64,000 bases of DNA from Octopus bimaculoides (Eukaryota), in NCBI RefSeq assembly GCF_001194135.2, contig NC_068987.1:90021461-90085460 (forward strand), in the 5' to 3' direction. This document shows, piece by piece, positions 1 through 11,685 of the stretch. The number at the start of each line of letters is the position of its first letter. Within the stretch, counting starts at the first letter, position 1. The translations under genes were made by a program, and so were the position numbers. A model generated the notes under the pieces. The model made no database searches, was not told the origin of the DNA, and worked only from the letters and a program-made list of their open reading frames with translations.

Positions 1-660
1 ACCCATAGAAGCATGGATAAGTGGACACTAAATGATGATGACAAAGTCGTCCTTACAACCCATTAACTTCTAACAATCAGCATCTAGCTCATATGTTTAC
101 ACACAAGAAGTCTAATTCATTTAACCTAAGTTTGAAAATCATCAGCATTTTATTCTATTTTCTTATTTTTTAATTCTCACAAATCTTTAAAATGAATAAT
201 GTACAAGTTTCTGATGCATTTTGACAGATATTTTCATCTATCAGCTCTGTATGAATTTAAAATGCGAAACTATAATAACAATATGGCTACTAGCCATCTG
301 CAACTGTGAATATCAATCACATAAATTTAGATTCATCACAATGGGCCTAGTTGATAAGTTGTTTGTCTACTAATTGAGGAATTGGCAGATTCTTATCTTA
401 CTGTAATTATGGAACAACAGTGTATATATCACAAAATGGATGGAACGAGATGAATGGGCATGGCTGTTAGGACGATGAAGATTTGGCAAGGCTGACTCGA
501 CATTCAACCTGTTTGGTGATACTACAGTTTCGCACTGGAAACACACAAACACACAAGCATGCATACACAGAAATAATATACATATATATAATGAGAAAGG
601 GGGATAGAGTTAGACGTTACAATTTATCAATTGAATATGATTAACATAAACACTCGTTCA

Positions 661-1120
661 CAAAAAGAGAAATATGCTCACACACAAACATATATGGATA
701 GAGAGAGGGAGAGGGGGTGGGAGGGAGAGANNNNNNNNNNNNNNNNNNNNNNNNNNNNNNNNNNNNNNNNNNNNNNNNNNNNNNNNNNNNNNNNNNNNNN
801 NNNNNNNNNNNNNNNNNNNNNNNNNNNNNNNNNNNNNNNNNNNNNNNNNNNNNNNNNNNNNNNNNNNNNNNNNNNNNNNNNNNNNNNNNNNNNNNNNNNN
901 NNNNNNNNNNNNNNNNNNNNNNNNNNNNNNNNNNNNNNNNNNNNNNNNNNNNNNNNNNNNNNNNNNNNNNNNNNNNNNNNNNNNNNNNNNNNNNNNNNNN
1001 NNNNNNNNNNNNNNNNNNNNNNNNNNNNNNNNNNNNNNNNNNNNNNNNNNNNNNNNNNNNNNNNNNNNNNNNNNNNNNNNNNNNNNNNNNNNNNNNNNNN
1101 NNNNNNNNNNNNNNNNNNNN

Positions 1121-1160
<40 letters not shown>
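661..1160. repeat. (GA)n / assembly gap / (TG)n compound microsatellite
   Basis: GA-rich run before the N gap at 731-1120 and (TG)n from 1121 to about 1160. Confidence 0.9.
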
Positions 1161-1182
<22 letters not shown>

Positions 1183-1385
1183 CGTCACGCCATTATCTGA
1201 CAACTGGTATTGGTGTGTTTACATCCCTGCGACACAGCAGTTCAACAAAAGAGACCAACAGAATAAGTACCAGGCTTAAAAAAACAAGTAATGGAGTTGA
1301 TTCATTTGACTAATAATTCAATCCAGTGCCCCAGCATGGCCACAGTCAAATGATTGAAACAAGACTAAAAAAAAAGAAAAAAACC
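1160..1385 (+). mobile_element. 3' half of tRNA-derived SINE (family B here)
   Basis: Matches the part after the internal (TG)n in the full copy at 38038-38463, ending gaaacaag-(A-rich). Confidence 0.8.
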
Positions 1386-1444
1386 CCAGATATTTATGGA
1401 CTTCACTATAGTTCATGAATCATGGAAGTGTACAAGATAGTATA

Positions 1445-1745
1445 TTCATCATCATCGTTTAACATCCGTTTTCCATGCTGGCATGGGTTGGACAGTTTAA
1501 TTGAGGTCTGGAAAGCCAGCGGCTACACCAGGCTCCAATCTGATCTGGCAGAGTTTCTACAGCTGGATGCCCTCCCTAACGCCAACCACTCCAATAGTGC
1601 CTTTTATGTCCCACCAGCACAGGAACCAGTCAGGCAGCCCTGGCATCAGTCATGTTCTGATAGTACTTTTTACATGCCACTGGCACAGGAGCCAGTCAGG
1701 CGGCCTTGGCATCGACTACGTTCAGATGGTGCATTTTACGGCATA
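1445..1745 (-). mobile_element. 5'-truncated RTE LINE 3' UTR with about 2 hairpin modules
   Basis: (CAT)n-cgtttaacatccgttttccatgc...ggatgccctccctaacgccaacc, followed by repeated cttttatg..ccaccagcac modules. Confidence 0.85.
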
Positions 1746-2278
1746 GAATAGATTTGCTTATAGAATACCTAAGAATAACAACAGACTTTTTGTGAAATAC
1801 TGAGTATAGCTGTTAAACAGTAAGTGATAGTAGAATAAATGAAATGATGAAAGAACTTGCAAGAATAAAAGTATAAATCTCTTCACAAACGATTATGTTA
1901 GTGATCACATTGCTTGATATATATATATAAACATATAGAAACCTCTATGTAACAATATATATATATATATATATATATCAGTATAGATCTCTTTCTAACA
2001 GTATGTACTGCCAACGGATGTCTTCAATTGGTGAATGACTAAAACAAATTAAGTGATTTATGTAAACAAATAGAATCACATTGCTGGCTCTTTAATGGTC
2101 AAACAATCACCATTGTCTGTAAACTGTCAACAGAAAAATATGTTGCACAAAGCTAATTGTCTAATTTATTTAACTAAGCAACAGCTTTCACATTTTTGCA
2201 AAAACAATCAAAATAATGAGAACACACATCTAAATTATTTACATTCGACAAATATTTGTCCTCATCTTGTTTGTTGTT

Positions 2279-2324
2279 AACACAACATTTTGGCTGATAT
2301 ACCCTCCAGCCTTCTTCAGGTGTC
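2279..2324 (-). ncRNA. Second, degenerate hammerhead-like motif in the inverted arm
   Basis: Minus strand reads GACAC-CTGAAGA-A-GGCTG(10 nt)CAGCC-AAAA-TG-TT-GTGTT. Confidence 0.55.
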
Positions 2325-2493
2325 TTGGGAAAATTATGCTCATGGACATATGGCGTGGTTAAGAGCACGGGTTACTAACCCCAAGATTCCGAGTTCGATT
2401 CCAAGCAGTGACCTGAACAATAATAATAATAACAACAACAACAACATTGAAAAATACCTTAGGAATGAGAACCCAGGTTCAAAATTTCCCGAA

Positions 2494-2539
2494 GACACCT
2501 GATGAAGGCTGGAGGGTGTATCGGCCGAAACATTGTGTT
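2494..2539 (+). ncRNA. Minimal type I hammerhead-ribozyme-like motif (one CpG-type change)
   Basis: GACAC-CTGATGA-A-GGCTG(10 nt)CGGCC-GAAA-CA-TT-GTGTT; stem I GACAC/GTGTT and stem II both pair. Confidence 0.7.
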
Positions 2540-2646
2540 AACAACAAACAAGATGACAAATATCCATTGAATGTAAATAATGTATATAATTCTTCATCTC
2601 AAATATAGAACACATCTAAATGATTGCGAATGTGCATGGCCTAGTG

Positions 2647-2700
2647 CAGTGGTTCCCAACCCTTTTATGAATTTTGCAATGGACCCTTTTTAATATGCTT
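2647..2700 (+). mobile_element. hAT-type MITE left end
   Basis: CAGTGGTTCCCAAC terminus preceded by gcctagtg, as in the complete MITEs at 19995 and 36526; right end not found. Confidence 0.55.
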
Positions 2701-2722
2701 ATCCTTACGTGTGTGTATTATT

Positions 2723-2753
<31 letters not shown>

Positions 2754-2844
2754 ACATTGATTACAGAACAAAAATCAAATTTGAGTCAACGACTTTATAT
2801 CACACCATGCTTCCATACATTTGATCATATATAAACATTGGTTT

Positions 2845-2995
2845 TTAAGAGGAGCACTCCGTCGGTTACGACGACGAGGGTCCCAGCTGATACGATCAAC
2901 GGAACAGCCTGCTCATGAAATTAACGTGCAAGTGACTGAGCAATCCACAGACACGTGTACCCCTAATGTAGTATTAAATAGAGAGACAAATAATA
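2845..2995 (+). mobile_element. Unclassified interspersed repeat fragment
   Basis: Homologous in reverse orientation to about 39420-39560 (gaaattaacgtgcaagtg.ctgag...cacagacacgtgtaccc). Confidence 0.65.
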
Positions 2996-3894
2996 GTTTA
3001 AAGACAGAAAAAGAAATGGTTTTGGTAAATTACGTTTCACCAATTTTCCTCTCCACATTTGGGCCATGGAGCAAGAAGTAAGCTCCAAGAAAATCCTGTT
3101 TCACAAACAGTTTCAAACCGAAGTTGTTAATCCCCTTAAGAAGAACATGACCACTATATTATCTCTTTATTATCTGCTGAAAGAGATTAATATATACTAA
3201 TTGCTTCAATGAAATTCCACACCTCTTCACATTCTCGCAGTTGATTTCAAGAACAACTTGAGATTGCAAAAGTATTGCTCCAGCAATTTATGCAAATATT
3301 TGTTCTCACAATAAAAATGCTATTTGTCTTCATCATTATTTCATTCATTAAACAATTATATATTTATTGAACAAATACAAGAGATGTCAGTGAAAACAAT
3401 TGTGATATTATAAGTCAAAACAAAATCAAACTCAGAATTCCTAAAGTGTTGCTGATTGGTTAAAACATGCCATCAGATAAAATGAAATGCTAAATGTTGA
3501 TGACAATTCCAATACATGTTCCCATATTTACTGACCTAAATAATGAAAGACTATGATAGAAAGCAACAGAAAATACCAGTTTTTTTTTTTTTAGCTGAAA
3601 ATGTAAAAATGAAAGATTTCCTTCAGGTTTTCATTTTCTGACCAAACTTATAAATAGGAGAATTATGTAAAACACCCAAGAGATTATGAATTAATTCAAT
3701 GCAAGAATTAATATAATTTGGTGGTATAGAATTACCGAGTGGAGCATAAAGAAAATTATATGATATACCACAAGCCAAGGTTACCCTAAGTGGGTTCCAT
3801 GAAAAAATTCTGAGATTTTCCAAGTCAAGGTACCTTAATAAAACTTTTAAATTTACTTGATACAAAAATGATATTCATTATTTTCAAACTAATA

Positions 3895-4230
3895 TCTTTC
3901 ATCTTTTACTTGTTTCAGTCATTAGACTGCAACCATGCTGGGGCACTGCCTTGAAGAATATTAGTGCAATGAATCAATTCCAAACTTATTTTTTTAAAGC
4001 CTAGTACTTATTCTATCAGCCTCTGTTACTGAACTGCTAAGTTACAGATATATAAACAAACCAAAACCAGCTGGGAACAAGCACAGACACAAATACAGTT
4101 TCCATCTTCTTGATTGGTCGACCCAGGTTGAGAGTAGAAGATACTTGTCAAAGGTGTTACACACTGGGAATGAATCCAAGACCATGTGGTTGCAAAGCTA
4201 GTTTCCGATTTACAGAGCCATGTCTGCACT
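3895..4230 (-). mobile_element. tRNA-derived SINE family B, near full length, diverged
   Basis: Tail cttttacttgtttcagtcattagactgc through to head ...gaatccaagaccatgtggttgcaaagc. Confidence 0.8.
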
Positions 4231-4734
4231 TATATGTCATAAAATTCTAAACCAATTTTTGATTCCTTGTCATGAAGGTTGCTTATAAAACAATGTTGAG
4301 TCTACAATTTTTAAAAAACTCCATAAAGGTTCTGTAACTTGAGAGTCACTGCCACAAGTCCTCATGAAATAAATTTATGAGCCAATGAAAGAACCTCTGT
4401 AGTGTCACATGACCTCGTAGATATAGCAGCTGCTTTTTTTTTTTTATACCACCAGCACTCGTGAGGTCACCAAGCAAGTTGCAAGACAGAAGAAGGAAAG
4501 GGAAAAAGAAAAAATATCCCATTTCTTTCTTCCATTAAAGTATAGTTTTGTATTGAAGAAAAAAATAAAGAAAAAAAAAAACACTATTTAAATAAATCAA
4601 AATGTTTTTACAACAGATGAAAAAATTACAGATTAAATAACAAGCAAAATACATCCACAGATTTTCTAAAATTATTCTGAATTCAAACAAGGAAATCCCT
4701 CACAGAGTGTGTGTGTGTATCATGGTACCGACCA

Positions 4735-4985
4735 GGTTATTGGTTGTTGTTATACATTGCTGATCACAATGCACTCTACATTTTAGCTTTCAAATGACGC
4801 CACCCTACTGGCTGGATGAGCAGGCCAACATTTCTCTTTATCAGAAGGTTAATTCATTGCAGGGTTATCCATTTACAACCAAGGGGACTGGAACAACATG
4901 AAATGAAGTGTTTTGTGCAAGAACACAATGCGGCACCTGGTCCCATGATTGTGTGATCACAAACACAATACTCTAACCACTAGGC

Positions 4986-4990
<5 letters not shown>
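4735..4990 (-). mobile_element. tRNA-head SINE of a second family
   Basis: Head gtgtggcctagtggttagag on the minus strand; shared caacatgaaatgaagtgttttg motif also at about 25940 and 14925. Confidence 0.65.
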
Positions 4991-5022
<32 letters not shown>

Positions 5023-6599
5023 GGAAAAATAATAGTAAACGAGACTAATATGCTTAGTAATCTGTTGCTATTATGTTAAACCGTTGTATGTCCAAATTTG
5101 ACCAAATGCGTGTTTTCCAATATCTATTTTTGCTTGTAAAAGCTGGTTCTTTTGGTCAAACTATCATAACTCCAGCTGCTTCAAATGCCAAGATATTAAA
5201 AATTGTCAACGTGTAGTACTACAGTTTTGCAATGGAATGGTGAAACTATTTTTTGGTTTTCTGAAAAAGCAACATTTTGGACTGAACGGCACTTGTATAA
5301 TAGCAACGAATTAATTAACTGCAATGTAAAAAGAAAAGCATATTTCCTCTTTTTATTATTATTTTCTCATATCTCTCAACTTGTGTGGGATACATTTTCT
5401 CAATAGTGTTGATGATACAATGAAACAAAATGCATACCTTTCTTAAGATGATGAACGAGATTTGAGAGAGTGATTTGACTGCTGTCCCTACCAGATCAAG
5501 TGACTACATTAGGACTCCCTTGTTGACTCAATAGCAACACTTTTTCCCCCTTCTTACTCAATGTAAACTAAAAATAAAATGATATTAAGTTCCTTATAAA
5601 TTTTGGCAAATATTCTAAATCAACATTTCTCAAAAGTGAAGGGAGAGGCAAAGCCTCTGTGAAGATAGAGACAGGCTTACTGGTGCCTCTCTAGGTAATC
5701 TTTTATGGTTTTGTGTAACCCACTGTTGGATAATAATAGAGAGTAGGAGTCCCTATGGATAAAATGACATGTTGAGAAGGCAATAAGCAGGGAAAGGCTA
5801 GGCATCACTGGTGTGTATAGAAAGAATTTAGTAAAGAAAAATAAATTCTATTTAGAAACCAGTGCACTGATAAGATCTTGATTAATGATCGTTTTATTCC
5901 ACTAAACAAACAGAAAAACAAACTTGACATTACTGTTTAGTTGAGGGCTGTGAACTATAAAGTGGAGGTAAGAGTCTTAGAAAACGGTTGGTGAACCAAT
6001 TTTAATTTGCATTGGGAATCACTCTNNNNNNNNNNNNNNNNNNNNNNNNNNNNNNNNNNNNNCACACACACAATTATGATTTTTAATGAATGTACCTACA
6101 AAGCAAAACATTATCAAAAAGTCTCAATCTTTAGTCATCTCATCTGTGAAAAAAAAAAAAAAACCCAAAAAAAGTATAACTTATTTTTCCACAGTGAACA
6201 GATGCCTAAACATCACCCTACTTATTTACCTCTTCTGTCATATATCTATAAATTCAAGATATGGAACAAACTTCATTACATGTATCAGATATACAAAATT
6301 ACAAGTCCTATATATCTGCTGTGTAATATTAGTCATTTATTTATGAACCAAAATAAAAAGACAAATAGTTTACAGATACCTGGGAAGAAACCAAGTGTAA
6401 AAATGCCAATCTTTACTTTCAAGGAATACTGAAAGAATGTTAATAATACTAGTTCTAATTAGTTGTCTAATGAAACACTGACTAAGACTTCCTTCCCACA
6501 CATTGAGTACAAAACAATTAGTGGCTGCAACAAGTTCACCAGAATCTTTCATTATCAACCAATATTATTAACTTTATCTTTTTTTTTTCTGCATATATC

Positions 6600-6930
6600 T
6601 TTTCTTTCAGTTGTTGGACTGTGGCCATGCTGGGGCAGTGTTTTGAACAAATCAACTCCTGTACTTATTTTGTAAAGTTTGGTACTTATTCTAGAAATTC
6701 CTTTTGCTGAACTGATACATTACAAGGATGTAAATAAACCAACACCAGTTGTCATACAGAAGTGGTGGGACAATCACAGATACACACACACACGCGCGCA
6801 TGACGGGCTTCCATGCAGTTTCCAGTTGACTTGGGGCTATAAAAGACACTTGCCCAAGATGCTGTATAGTGAGACTGAACATGAAACCACATCATTGCAA
6901 AGTGAATTTCTTAACCACACAGCCATGCCT
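6600..6930 (-). mobile_element. tRNA-derived SINE family B
   Basis: Same tail/body/head order as 38038-38463, reversed. Confidence 0.8.
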
Positions 6931-9689
6931 GTGCCAAGAGACTGATTATTTTGAAATTCATTTTACAAGGGTTTAAAATGGAGTTAGCAACGCTACTAAA
7001 TAAAACATGGGCTACAAAGTTTGTAATTTGATATAGGCTTAAGATTCTAAAACAAGATTTATCTAAGAAAATCTTGTGAAGGATTTCACGGCATTTTGTT
7101 TTATTTTTTAAATGTGTCAATTAGTAGCAATTTAAAGTTTGAATGCTTATATAAATATACACATATATATATATAAACTAAAATGTAATTAATTCTTAAG
7201 TGGTTGATATTGAAATAAAGAAATTTCCACAATAAAACATAGAAATGAATAGTATTTGATTTAGAAGAGAAAGGAAACAGTATTTCAGTTGTTAAGAGAA
7301 AGTAACCCATTTATTTCACTTGTTTTATAATAAATAAACCAATGTATAAAATGAAAATAGGAGGATGTGCTGGAACTGCAAACTGTTCCAGCTGTAGTAT
7401 ATGTATTGAGAGACATAGTTCTGAAGAAGAGGAGATGTGGGTGGAGAACAACATTGACAGTTGTTAATGCAAATATATCAAGCTTTCTTTTTGTTGTTGG
7501 AGAGAATACAAAACACAGCATAACAATAGCCGAAATTCAAAACACACAACTCTGCAGATTCAGTCAGCTTCAAATGAAACCTGTCTCTAATTGCTAAATT
7601 TCTGTTCTGTACGATGGTGATAGTGATGGTAAGTGATTATGGTGGTGGTGGTGGTGATGATGGAGGATTAATATTTCTTAATAATGTTGAGTGCTTATTG
7701 ATTCATGCTTCCAGAGATCTTCCAAGAGAAAAGCAAAAATAAATAAAAATAAAATATATCAATAAAAAGAAAGACAGAAATTTTCTTAAGACCTAGAATT
7801 ACTTTTGTGAAGAGAGAGCAAGTAATTCTAAGTTGAAAAGATATTTCCAATTCATTACAGCAACACTAACAACAACAACAACAACAACATCAGCTGGTTT
7901 CTTTAATTATTACCACCATCATCATTTATTAATATAAAATAGTGAATTACAGTAAAAATTATGTTAATGAAAATGCAAAGATTTCGTCACCAACATCAGC
8001 TGAACTGTTGTTAGGTCGTCTAATGTTGCTGTCATTGCTACTGCTGCTGCAGCTGTAATGCAAATGTTTGCAACATTTGATCGAACATACCTATCACATT
8101 AAATTATTGTTATATTAACATGAGTGAATAAGTGTATGCCTATATGTCTCAAATTACCATACGTCAATTTTTTTTCTTCTTTTCCTTTTGTTGTTTCATT
8201 TTTCCTTTTCTTACTATTCTAGGCCACAACTTAGCTCTTCTATTTCAACAGGGTTGTGCAATGACAGCAACACAGATTCATGGGTCATAGATTATTGCTA
8301 AGAAACAAACACAAACCATAACTAAAGTGGGATCTAGTTTTTTTTTCATTTGCAAAATACGCTTTTTGTAGGAGACAGTAAAAAATCTGAAAATTGGCTA
8401 TAATAATGTAGCATTCCAGTCTCATTGCTTTGAAGGTTTGATGTTGTGGAGAAAACAAGATCAGAGAAAAAAGTTACAGAGGTTTAAAAATCAAAAAATC
8501 TGAGTATTTTTAGGTACTAACGAGACAGAAATTTTCTGCATTTAGCACAGCACTGTCAACTTTAAGGTTGTACCCTGTGAAATGTAGCCCCTGACCTGTT
8601 CATTGTAGGTTTGTAAATAAACAGAAATACCTAATAAAATCAACACGTATTATCTGGATCTAGTCTTTCTCATTCATTGATTGTATTTTTTTTATTTTTA
8701 AATTCGTTATATTAATATATTTGTCTGTGTGTGTGTCTACTTTATGCATATTTCAGTATTATGTATATCTGCCATGTATTTATGTACATCATTAATATAT
8801 AAGTGTGTGTGTGTGAAAATGGGGTGTCTGTCCCCAAAACTCCAAAGTTGAGTAATGTTTTCATGCTTGGATTTGTGAACTACGATAAGAATAAATACAG
8901 AAAAAGCACAGAAAAATACTAACACACAGAACAGAAAAATATGTAATATACTAACACAGAAAAATAAAAACAAAACACACAGGTGAAAAGAATCTCGTGG
9001 TGGGAAGAATCAATTGTAAAAAAATCAACATTGAACAACGTGCGTCACAGACAACAGTGAGACAACAATGAACCACAACACAGCATCCTGTTGTCATGGT
9101 AACAAGCTAATGCCACGTTGTCTGTTGATTGGTTAAAATTACCCAAATTTTCCAACTTTATCTTGTAAATTAAAGAATCTGATGTTATTTGGAATTAAAG
9201 TAATTGGTTAATTGTAATCAAAATTCAGAGTTGTATCGATACACCAAAAATGAAGGCAATCTGAGCAAAATTAAGTGGGGGTGGCTGATTTTGTTATACA
9301 GATTCATCGCTGTAGATACACATCTGGCAAGTAACACTCAGGCATACCCTAATTCACATGCACACATGTGGACTAGGGCACTCACACACACACTTACAAT
9401 GGCATAAATTTGTGGTTAAGAAGCTTAGCTGCATGGTATTCAGTTCAGTTTTAATGCACAGCACCTTCGTTTAGCATCACAGTGTGTGTATGTGTGTATA
9501 TATATATATACATATATATATATATGTCCTTCCAACGATGATTTGGAATACCTAACTTACAGATTATCATGACAGCATGGGTAACATTACACCTTTGAAT
9601 TCCCTCACAGTATAGAATTCCCAATTCCATGCTATTGATTATGAACCATTTTAATTCATCCATGACTCTTTCACCTTTCTTCTTCCTCC

Positions 9690-10030
9690 TTCCCTACTCT
9701 GCTTGTTTCCCTATCTCCATCTCCTACACTCCTCCACTTCCCACATCACGCCCAACCCTCACTCCTTCCTCAAGCATCTCCACTTACTTCACACTCACTT
9801 TCTTTCCAACTTTTCCTCCTTAATGCCTACAATCCTCTATACACTTCCCTCAAAGTAACATTCACCATTTCTCTCCAACTTCTGGTCAGTTATTATTCAG
9901 CCATTTAACAATGTGTTTTTCTCTGGGGAACCTGCTCCTTCCTTCTTTTCCTCTTCTCTGGACCTTTTCCTGTATTTGACAAAGAGCTATTCTCGAAACA
10001 ACATTTCCATTCCTCTTTTTCCATCTAAAA
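9690..10030 (+). mobile_element. Decayed Penelope-like 3' region with hammerhead-like core
   Basis: Pyrimidine-rich stretch ending TTGACAA-A-GAG-CTATT-CTC-GAAAC at 9976-9999. Confidence 0.45.
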
Positions 10031-10379
10031 CTTTCACTAAGTATTAATCCAATATATTCACTGTGTGCATCCAATTCACTTTTGATGCTTTTGTTGTTGT
10101 TTTTGTTTTTGCCTTGGATTTGCCAACACACACACGAGACATATAGCCAAACCTTCTCAAGTTCCTCTCCCACCACTGAATTTGCTGAAAGGTAGATGAG
10201 AGTGGTGAAAATGTTCTACATGAGTGGCCTTACTCTCAGCATGAACCTTTAAGCTGGCAAGTATAGCACAGAGTCCAGGTATTCCATGGTCTGCTGGGTT
10301 TCTTTATTGGCCTGACATGGCTAACCTTTCAATATTTTTATCCCTCCCATCCCATCCCCTCCAAAATTGTTTTTCTTTT

Positions 10380-10617
10380 ATTCTTTTACTTGTTTCAGCC
10401 ATTTGACTGCAATGGTGGATGGACAAACACAGACACACTAACATATACACACACATACATTTGACAAGCTTCTTTCAGTTTCCATGTAATAAATCCACTC
10501 ACAAGGCTTTGGTCAGCTTGAGGCTATAGTAGGAGACACTTGCCCAAGGTTTCATGCAATGGGGCCAAACCCAGAGCCATGTGGATGGGAAGCAAGCTTC
10601 TTATCACACAGCCACAT
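10380..10617 (-). mobile_element. SINE family B head and body
   Basis: aaatccactcacaaggctttggtcag...gggaagcaagcttcttatcacacagcc. Confidence 0.85.
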
Positions 10618-10663
10618 TCACTTAAACACAATCTTTAAGTAATTGTAAAGCAAATATGAACAT

Positions 10664-10825
10664 AGGTGCAAGAGTGGCTGTGTGGTAAGTAGCTTGCTAA
10701 CCAAATACATGGCCCCGGGTTCAGTCCCTCTGTGTGGCACCTTGGGCAAGTGTCTTCCACTATAGCCGCAGGCCGACCAAAGCCATGTGAGTGGATTTAG
10801 TAGACGGAAACTGAAAAAGCCTGCC

Positions 10826-10869
<44 letters not shown>

Positions 10870-11646
10870 NNNNNNNNNNNNNNNNNNNNNNNNNNNNNNN
10901 NNNNNNNNNNNNNNNNNNNNNNNNNNNNNNNNNNNNNNNNNNNNNNNNNNNNNNNNNNNNNNNNNNNNNNNNNNNNNNNNNNNNNNNNNNNNNNNNNNNN
11001 NNNNNNNNNNNNNNNNNNNNNNNNNNNNNNNNNNNNNNNNNNNNNNNNNNNNNNNNNNNNNNNNNNNNNNNNNNNNNNNNNNNNNNNNNNNNNNNNNNNN
11101 NNNNNNNNNNNNNNNNNNNNNNNNNNNNNNNNNNNNNNNNNNNNNNNNNNNNNNNNNNNNNNNNNNNNNNNNNNNNNNNNNNNNNNNNNNNNNNNNNNNN
11201 NNNNNNNNNNNNNNNNNNNNNNNNNNNNNNNNNNNNNNNNNNNNNNNNNNNNNNNNNNNNNNNNNNNNNNNNNNNNNNNNNNNNNNNNNNNNNNNNNNNN
11301 NNNNNNNNNNNNNNNNNNNNNNNNNNNNNNNNNNNNNNNNNNNNNNNNNNNNNNNNNNNNNNNNNNNNNNNNNNNNNNNNNNNNNNNNNNNNNNNNNNNN
11401 NNNNNNNNNNNNNNNNNNNNNNNNNNNNNNNNNNNNNNNNNNNNNNNNNNNNNNNNNNNNNNNNNNNNNNNNNNNNNNNNNNNNNNNNNNNNNNNNNNNT
11501 GCCAGGAAGGCGATGCTGGGCACAGGTGCCATGACCAATTCGTTTTCACTTGCCCCAACAGGTCTTCGCTTTTCAAAAATCATTCTTTCTCTCTTTTTGG
11601 ACCTTTCAAAAAGTTTGAAATGTTCTTTTTGAACTTATTTTCTCCC

Positions 11647-11685
<39 letters not shown>

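Larger units (their letters stand above)
2236..2609 (+). mobile_element. Non-autonomous retroelement: inverted tail copy + tRNA-like head + (AAT/AAC)n + Penelope-type tail with hammerhead core
   Basis: 12-bp direct repeat ACACATCTAAAT at 2224-2235 and 2610-2621; about 100-bp inverted arms at 2236-2335 and 2482-2583; B-box GAGTTCGATTCC at 2391-2402. Confidence 0.85.

Noticed and set aside
631-1313. Long ORFs in the track containing X runs (also at 10618, 13893, 17114, 21377, 42591, 51413, 52481 and 54106)
   Set aside because: They are open only because they cross N gaps and dinucleotide repeats.
2336-2415. Possible tRNA gene
   Set aside because: The B-box is present but the anticodon and acceptor stems do not pair fully, and it lies inside a TSD-flanked element; it is a SINE head.
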